In this document: positions 59,166 through 64,000 of the stretch, piece by piece
How positions within the stretch are numbered: the stretch's first letter is position 1
How the letters are laid out: every line of letters starts with the position of its first letter
From: Candidatus Woesearchaeota archaeon
GTDB taxonomy: Archaea > Nanobdellota > Nanobdellia > Woesearchaeales > UBA11576
Length of the DNA stretch: 64,000 bases
Direction of reading: 5' to 3'
Assembly: GCA_018668595.1 (NCBI GenBank)
Contig: JABJCP010000026.1
Span: 323-64,322 of the forward strand
The notes under the pieces: generated by a model
Databases searched by the model: none
Told to the model about the DNA's origin: nothing
The model's input: only the letters and a program-made list of their open reading frames with translations
Program-made: the position numbers and the translations under genes

Positions 59166-59945
59166 ATGAAAAAAAGAAAAAACATAGAAATTATTGTAAA
59201 ATTAAATAATGCAAGTTCACATCACGTACAAGAATTTGCTATACAGGAATCACTGGGCAACAATCAAAAAGCATTAATAAAATTATCATATGCAACTTCT
59301 TACAAATTCTATGCTAATATGTTTGATAAACCACAACTTGAAGATGATCAAATAGTTGAAAAAACAATTAGAGACATTGTTTCCGAGGCAAATTTTTGGC
59401 AAAATGAAGGACTTGGAAAAACAATTATCCATTTAAATTCACCCAACACCGCATATAATTTGCTAAATAAAGTAGGTAACACAATAAAAGATTATCCATT
59501 TTGGAGCGGATATTTCTTTGCAGAACATTGGGATAATAAAAATGCACTAAAAGTATTTAATAATTTATCAAAAAATAATCCTGTCAATTTGCATTGGCAG
59601 GGAAATTTACTTACAAAAGTCGGACGCTTTAATGAAGCATTAATACCCCTAGTAGAAGTTGCAAAAATGGAACCAAACAGATATAATCATTTTTCACATC
59701 TGGGTAATGCATATCGTGGTCTAGGTATAAAATATGAAGCAAAAATAGCATATAAGAAAGCAATTTCATTAATATTAAACAAAGAAAATATTGGGAGAGT
59801 TGAACATATTCACCTTGTAAGAAGTTATCATGGTCTTTCTCGTTTGGGCTTTAATGAATACCGTTTAGCTGAAGATAAACAGCAAAAAGAAGCAATTCGA
59901 ACTGGAACAGTTAGTAAACATGAACTCGAAAGAATCAAATTTTAA
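59166..59945 (+). CDS. TPR-repeat protein
   Basis: HWQGNLLTKVGRFNEAL...AKMEPN..HFSHLGNAYRGLG..EAKIAYKKA. Confidence 0.8.
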   Translation: MKKRKNIEIIVKLNNASSHHVQEFAIQESLGNNQKALIKLSYATSYKFYANMFDKPQLEDDQIVEKTIRDIVSEANFWQNEGLGKTIIHLNSPNTAYNLLNKVGNTIKDYPFWSGYFFAEHWDNKNALKVFNNLSKNNPVNLHWQGNLLTKVGRFNEALIPLVEVAKMEPNRYNHFSHLGNAYRGLGIKYEAKIAYKKAISLILNKENIGRVEHIHLVRSYHGLSRLGFNEYRLAEDKQQKEAIRTGTVSKHELERIKF

Positions 59946-59956
59946 TAGGCTAAAAA

Positions 59957-61108
59957 ATGACAAAAAATGAAGAATTACTTAATAATACAATCAGAACCTG
60001 TAATACTGGCACTATCAGCATAACTGCTAAAGTGACAAAAAGATGCAATATCAGACCTGCTTGTGAATATTGTTATGATTTCGAGGCACAATCCGATAAT
60101 AAGGAGTTCGATATGTCTACCCAGACACTTGACAATTTAATAAAAAAATCAGTAGGAAGCGGTGATTTTAATAGAGTTATTTTTGTATGGCACGGTGGTG
60201 AACCATTGGTTGTAGGGAAAAAGTTTTATCAAAAAGCACTTGAATTTCAGGATAAATACAATTCGGGAAAAGTTATTATCGAAAATCGATTGCAGACAAA
60301 TGCTGTTGCAATGGATAGAGCATGGATTAATTTTTTAAAAACTCATAATTTCAAGATGGAATCCAGCTTTGATGCATTTGATAATGATAAATCAAGAGGG
60401 AAGTCTCAACAAGTATTAAGGAATCTTTTGCTTGCAAAAGACATGGATTATGCTCCAGGAAATGTTATGTTTATTGTAACAAAAAGAAATGTTAATAGAC
60501 TTAAGGAAGCGTATGATTATTTCAATAAAAGGGAACTTAATTTCACACCTTCACCAATTATTTCGCTTGGTCAAGCATGTCAATATAAAGAATTATCTAT
60601 CACTCCAGAAGAATATGGTCATTCTGTAGTTGACCTCATGGATTACATTTTAAAGCAGCCAAAACCAAAGATCAAAGTACGTTTTATCGACGCTGTACTT
60701 CGATCAGTTCTAGGTTTTGAACAGAATTTATGTAGTCACGGTTTTTGTGCGTATCAATTTATTGCCAGCGAGTCAAGTGGTGAAATTTATCCCTGTGCAA
60801 AAGTAGATCAACCTGAATGGAGCTTTGGAAATATTAATGAACTTGACAAATTGTCAGACATTTTTTCAACAGAAAAATATAGAAAATATGGAACTGCAGC
60901 CACTAATAGATTAACTGATTGCCTAACTGAAAATAGCGGCAAACCCTGCGAAGTTTTTCAACATTGTAAAGGAGGTTGTGCGAGTAACTCACTTGCCGCA
61001 GGTGGATACTCAAAAAGAGATTTTTATTGTACAGCCTATAGAATCGTATTTAATCACGCTCTTAATGTTAGAGCTGAGTTATTAAAACAATTAAATAACG
61101 GAGGATAA
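59957..61108 (+). CDS. Radical SAM/SPASM-domain maturase (CX5CX2C variant)
   Basis: CNIRPACEYCY, WHGGEPL, QTNA; SPASM LCSHGFC, GEIYPC, HCKGGC and FYC. Confidence 0.92.
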   Translation: MTKNEELLNNTIRTCNTGTISITAKVTKRCNIRPACEYCYDFEAQSDNKEFDMSTQTLDNLIKKSVGSGDFNRVIFVWHGGEPLVVGKKFYQKALEFQDKYNSGKVIIENRLQTNAVAMDRAWINFLKTHNFKMESSFDAFDNDKSRGKSQQVLRNLLLAKDMDYAPGNVMFIVTKRNVNRLKEAYDYFNKRELNFTPSPIISLGQACQYKELSITPEEYGHSVVDLMDYILKQPKPKIKVRFIDAVLRSVLGFEQNLCSHGFCAYQFIASESSGEIYPCAKVDQPEWSFGNINELDKLSDIFSTEKYRKYGTAATNRLTDCLTENSGKPCEVFQHCKGGCASNSLAAGGYSKRDFYCTAYRIVFNHALNVRAELLKQLNNGG

Positions 61109-61110
61109 AA

Positions 61111-61296
61111 ATGGAAAAAATAAAAAAAGATTTGGATAAAATAGTAAAAGAAGCTAAGAAAGATTCAGCAGTACTGGAAAAATTAAATTTACCCAAACAC
61201 ATCAAATCGATTATAACTGAAGAAGCAGGATACAACCCCGCAAAGATAGGCGGCTATAAATCAGAAGGTAAGTGTGATCACCAGTATCACAATTAA
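61111..61296 (+). CDS. Putative RiPP precursor peptide
   Basis: 61 aa with a GGAGG RBS, directly after the rSAM gene. Helical leader followed by a Gly/Tyr/His-rich C-terminus (AGYNPAKIGGYKSEGKCDHQYHN). Confidence 0.7.
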   Translation: MEKIKKDLDKIVKEAKKDSAVLEKLNLPKHIKSIITEEAGYNPAKIGGYKSEGKCDHQYHN

Positions 61297-61328
61297 TTTT
61301 TTTTACTTTTTTTTGAGGAATTCAATAA

Positions 61329-62240
61329 ATGGAAATTATATATACTGCATCACCCTATGAAACATATCACGAAGAGATTAATAAAATGCCAAGTGTTTCT
61401 GGCATGCGATTAAATACCATATCTCAAATTAGTGAACCTTTAACTAATTTAATTTCTAGATTAGATTCTAAAATTGGAGAGAACAAACTTTGGATAGATC
61501 TTAAAGGGAGACAATTAAGAATCATTGATAAAAAAAGAACACCTTATCACATTGAACTGACATTAAACCACAAATTAACAGCAGATTTACCATTAAAAGT
61601 TGAGTTTAATACAGGAACATTAAAGGGTAGGATTACCCATGCATATGAGGATAAAGCAATATTGCTTGATTGTAAGTGGGATGATATTCGTGCAGGACAA
61701 TCTTTAAATATTACTCACCCAAGTCTTAAAGTTGAAAAATACCTGAGCCCTAGTTGTGAATTGTATATAAAAGCCGCAAAGAAATGTGGTGTTCATAATT
61801 ATATGTTATCATTTGCGGAAGAAGAATCAGATGTAAGTGATGTACTTGCTATTGATTCCGCAGCAAAGATATATGCAAAAATTGAAACAAAAAGAGGTGT
61901 TGATAATTTTGTTGAAAATGTATTCCCTAAATATAAAGATAGTATTCGGTTAATCGCTGCACGAGGAGATTTATTATTACATCTTAATTCAGCACATGAT
62001 TTAGATGATACATTAACAAAAATCATCAAATTTGATTCTAATGCAATTTTAGCTTCACGTCTTCTTGCAACCTCAAAAGAAAAAATTAGTTCACAAGATA
62101 TGTCCGATTTATTTTATATCCTGCGCGATCTTAAATATCAATCATTTCTTATTGGAGATGGAGTTAGTTTATTCAAACCCTCACTTATAAGAGCAATTAA
62201 CGCTCTTAATACTGTAAATTCAAAGGTTAATGAAAAGTGA
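61329..62240 (+). CDS. Pyruvate-kinase-like TIM-barrel protein (homologue of 5266..6357)
   Basis: MRLNT, IDLKGRQLRI, LTLNH, MLSFAE, AKIETK, AARGDL and ASRLL. Confidence 0.75.
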   Translation: MEIIYTASPYETYHEEINKMPSVSGMRLNTISQISEPLTNLISRLDSKIGENKLWIDLKGRQLRIIDKKRTPYHIELTLNHKLTADLPLKVEFNTGTLKGRITHAYEDKAILLDCKWDDIRAGQSLNITHPSLKVEKYLSPSCELYIKAAKKCGVHNYMLSFAEEESDVSDVLAIDSAAKIYAKIETKRGVDNFVENVFPKYKDSIRLIAARGDLLLHLNSAHDLDDTLTKIIKFDSNAILASRLLATSKEKISSQDMSDLFYILRDLKYQSFLIGDGVSLFKPSLIRAINALNTVNSKVNEK

Positions 62241-63334
62241 AAGCGAAATTACCTCAAATTAATTTATTGATGTCAGTTACAGGAAAGTGTAATCTTGCTT
62301 GCTCTTATTGTTACGTTAATAAAAAATCAGATGTTAATATGCCTGAAAATCTATTAGAAAATATTACAAAAAAAGCTTTGAATGAATTTAAAAAAGTGAT
62401 TTTCATTTGGCATGGAACGGAACCAACTATGCGTGGCATTGACTTTTTCAAATCCGCAGTTGAATTTCAAAAAAAATATTCTTTCAACAATGAAATTGAA
62501 AATCAGATTCAAACTAACCTTACTCTTTTTGATAAAAACTGGATTAAGTTTGCAAAAGATTCTGGTTTTATGGTTAACTTTTCGTATGATGGTAAGAATG
62601 CAAATGAATTAACACGACCCGGATCAACTAAGCAAATATTTAATAATCTGTCTTTATTACAAGCTGAAGGAATTTTTCCTTCATGTAATGTCGTTATTAG
62701 TCAAACAAATATTAATAATTTAATTGACATCAATAATGAATTAACAAAAGAGCATAATGTTTCGTTTTATATGAATCCTGCATATAATTATCATAATAAG
62801 AAAACATCTATATTTATTCCAGCAGAAAAATATGCTGAAGCAGTGAATAATATGTTTAATTATTGGTTCAATGATCAAAATGCTTCTAACACTGCACAAA
62901 ATAAATTATGTCAAAGTCTATTGACAAGCATACTTAGAATTAAAGGTGTAGAGAATGGAAAATATGTTGCACAACCCGCAAGCAGCTATAACAAATGTAC
63001 ATTTAATCATTGTTATGGCAAATTTTTAGGCGTGTTAGAAAATGGTTTGGTTTACCCCTGCGATAACTTTATTTCAGAAAAATCGTGCCTGGGTCATGTT
63101 TCTAGTGTTGAAAATTTGAGTGATTTTTTTAGAAAAGATGAGTTTAACAATTTAATTAGAAGTTACCATAAGACTAATGAAGAATGTATGCAGATATGTA
63201 AATGGTACCAGTTATGTAATTCAGGTTGCCCAAGTCACACTCGCGGTAAGAGAAAAGATCCATTGTGCAGGGCATATCAAAAAATATTTTCAAACGTTAA
63301 ATCAATTGTTGACAATAAAATTTTTGGAAAATGA
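62237..63334 (+). CDS. Radical SAM/SPASM-domain maturase
   Basis: CNLACSYCY, WHGTEP, QTN, FSYDG; SPASM KCTFNHC, GLVYPC, ICKWYQLCNSGCP and LC. GTGA overlap with the upstream gene. Confidence 0.9.
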   Translation: MKAKLPQINLLMSVTGKCNLACSYCYVNKKSDVNMPENLLENITKKALNEFKKVIFIWHGTEPTMRGIDFFKSAVEFQKKYSFNNEIENQIQTNLTLFDKNWIKFAKDSGFMVNFSYDGKNANELTRPGSTKQIFNNLSLLQAEGIFPSCNVVISQTNINNLIDINNELTKEHNVSFYMNPAYNYHNKKTSIFIPAEKYAEAVNNMFNYWFNDQNASNTAQNKLCQSLLTSILRIKGVENGKYVAQPASSYNKCTFNHCYGKFLGVLENGLVYPCDNFISEKSCLGHVSSVENLSDFFRKDEFNNLIRSYHKTNEECMQICKWYQLCNSGCPSHTRGKRKDPLCRAYQKIFSNVKSIVDNKIFGK

Positions 63335-64000
63335 AATTAAATAAAATTGCTAAAGGATACAATCTTGGAAAAGTAATCTCTTCCAACGAAATAATTGGAG
63401 GATATAATAGTCGCAACTATGATCTTTTAACTTCAAAAGGACATTTTTTTATTAGAAAATTTGTTAGCCACAGACAAAAAGATCAAATCAAATTGGAACT
63501 AAATTTTTTAGATTATTTAAAAAATGAAAGGTTCCCCTGTGTTCCTGCATTAAGGACGACCGAGGGCGATCTTTATCTAAATACCCTCGAGGGTAATTTT
63601 GCTTTGTTTGAATGGCAAGCTTCAGAACCGTATGATAATCAATTAGAATCTACCGCGCTTTGCTTATCACAATTACATAAATTATCTACTAATTATAAAA
63701 GAATTGTTAGCGGTCGTGATTGCCTAGATAAATGTTTTGATAATGATATTGATTGTGCAAAAAAAATTCTTTCAGGGAATGATATTATCCACCAAAGCAA
63801 TTTACCGATTTGTCATCCGCTAAAAAACAAAGAGCTATTTAAAATAAATGAAATAAATAAAATAAATATAAGGAGACTGTTTAAAGAATATTTTAACAAT
63901 TTTATTGTACCAAAAGCAAATGAATATTCAAAAATTGTTTCTTTATTTGAGTATAGTAGTTTTAATAAACCAATTATACATGGCGATTTCATTGCAAGAA
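63331..64000 (+). CDS. Aminoglycoside/homoserine-kinase-type phosphotransferase (3' end outside window)
   Basis: ATGA overlap with the rSAM gene. Open to the window end: GGYNSRNY, FFIRK, E..FLDYL, FALFEW, LSQLH and IIHGDF. Confidence 0.85.
   Translation, partial: MKLNKIAKGYNLGKVISSNEIIGGYNSRNYDLLTSKGHFFIRKFVSHRQKDQIKLELNFLDYLKNERFPCVPALRTTEGDLYLNTLEGNFALFEWQASEPYDNQLESTALCLSQLHKLSTNYKRIVSGRDCLDKCFDNDIDCAKKILSGNDIIHQSNLPICHPLKNKELFKINEINKINIRRLFKEYFNNFIVPKANEYSKIVSLFEYSSFNKPIIHGDFIAR

Noticed and set aside
5026-62612. Remaining 60-150 aa ORFs nested in or antisense to assigned genes (e.g. 5552, 6459, 8081, 9889, 14701, 15504, 36216, 37754, 42167, 44733, 53082, 54616, 56401, 56906, 61799, 62412)
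   Set aside because: They fully overlap well-supported genes, have Phe/Leu/Ile/Ser-rich antisense composition and show no motifs.

Overview
Very AT-rich archaeal chromosome segment (GC looks below ~30%, not computed). It is most likely from a DPANN lineage such as Woesearchaeota/Nanoarchaeota (inference). Support: rps6e, rpl10e, aIF2-gamma, rpl21e-rpoF-DUF655, sepF-ZPR1, Taw3, a shortened Dph2, archaeal BRE/TATA promoters and class-III-signal pilin-like genes. No rRNA, tRNA or CRISPR array was seen. Accessory loci sit between the housekeeping genes. (1) A four-gene ubiquitin-like conjugation operon at 40.9-45.8 kb: Ubl ending GG-YRN, an E2-like fusion, a JAMM protease and a two-domain E1, in the order of bacterial BilABCD. 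(2) Two radical SAM/SPASM RiPP-like loci: one with a His/Tyr-x-Asp/Glu repeat precursor (16.7-18.3 kb), and a larger TPR-rSAM-peptide-PK-like-rSAM-phosphotransferase operon from 59.2 kb to the window end. (3) A J-like/Ser-Thr kinase, vWA and pyruvate-kinase-like operon at 5.3-8.5 kb. (4) A tandem array of six diverged paralogues of unknown function at 32.8-37.7 kb. (5) Three dispersed copies of a ~180-bp multi-hairpin element with compensatory base changes. (6) An epimerase/ATP-grasp pair, a kinase-like/PHP pair, an attC-like palindrome and a decayed IS5-type transposase. All family calls come from motif recognition by eye; no database searches were run.
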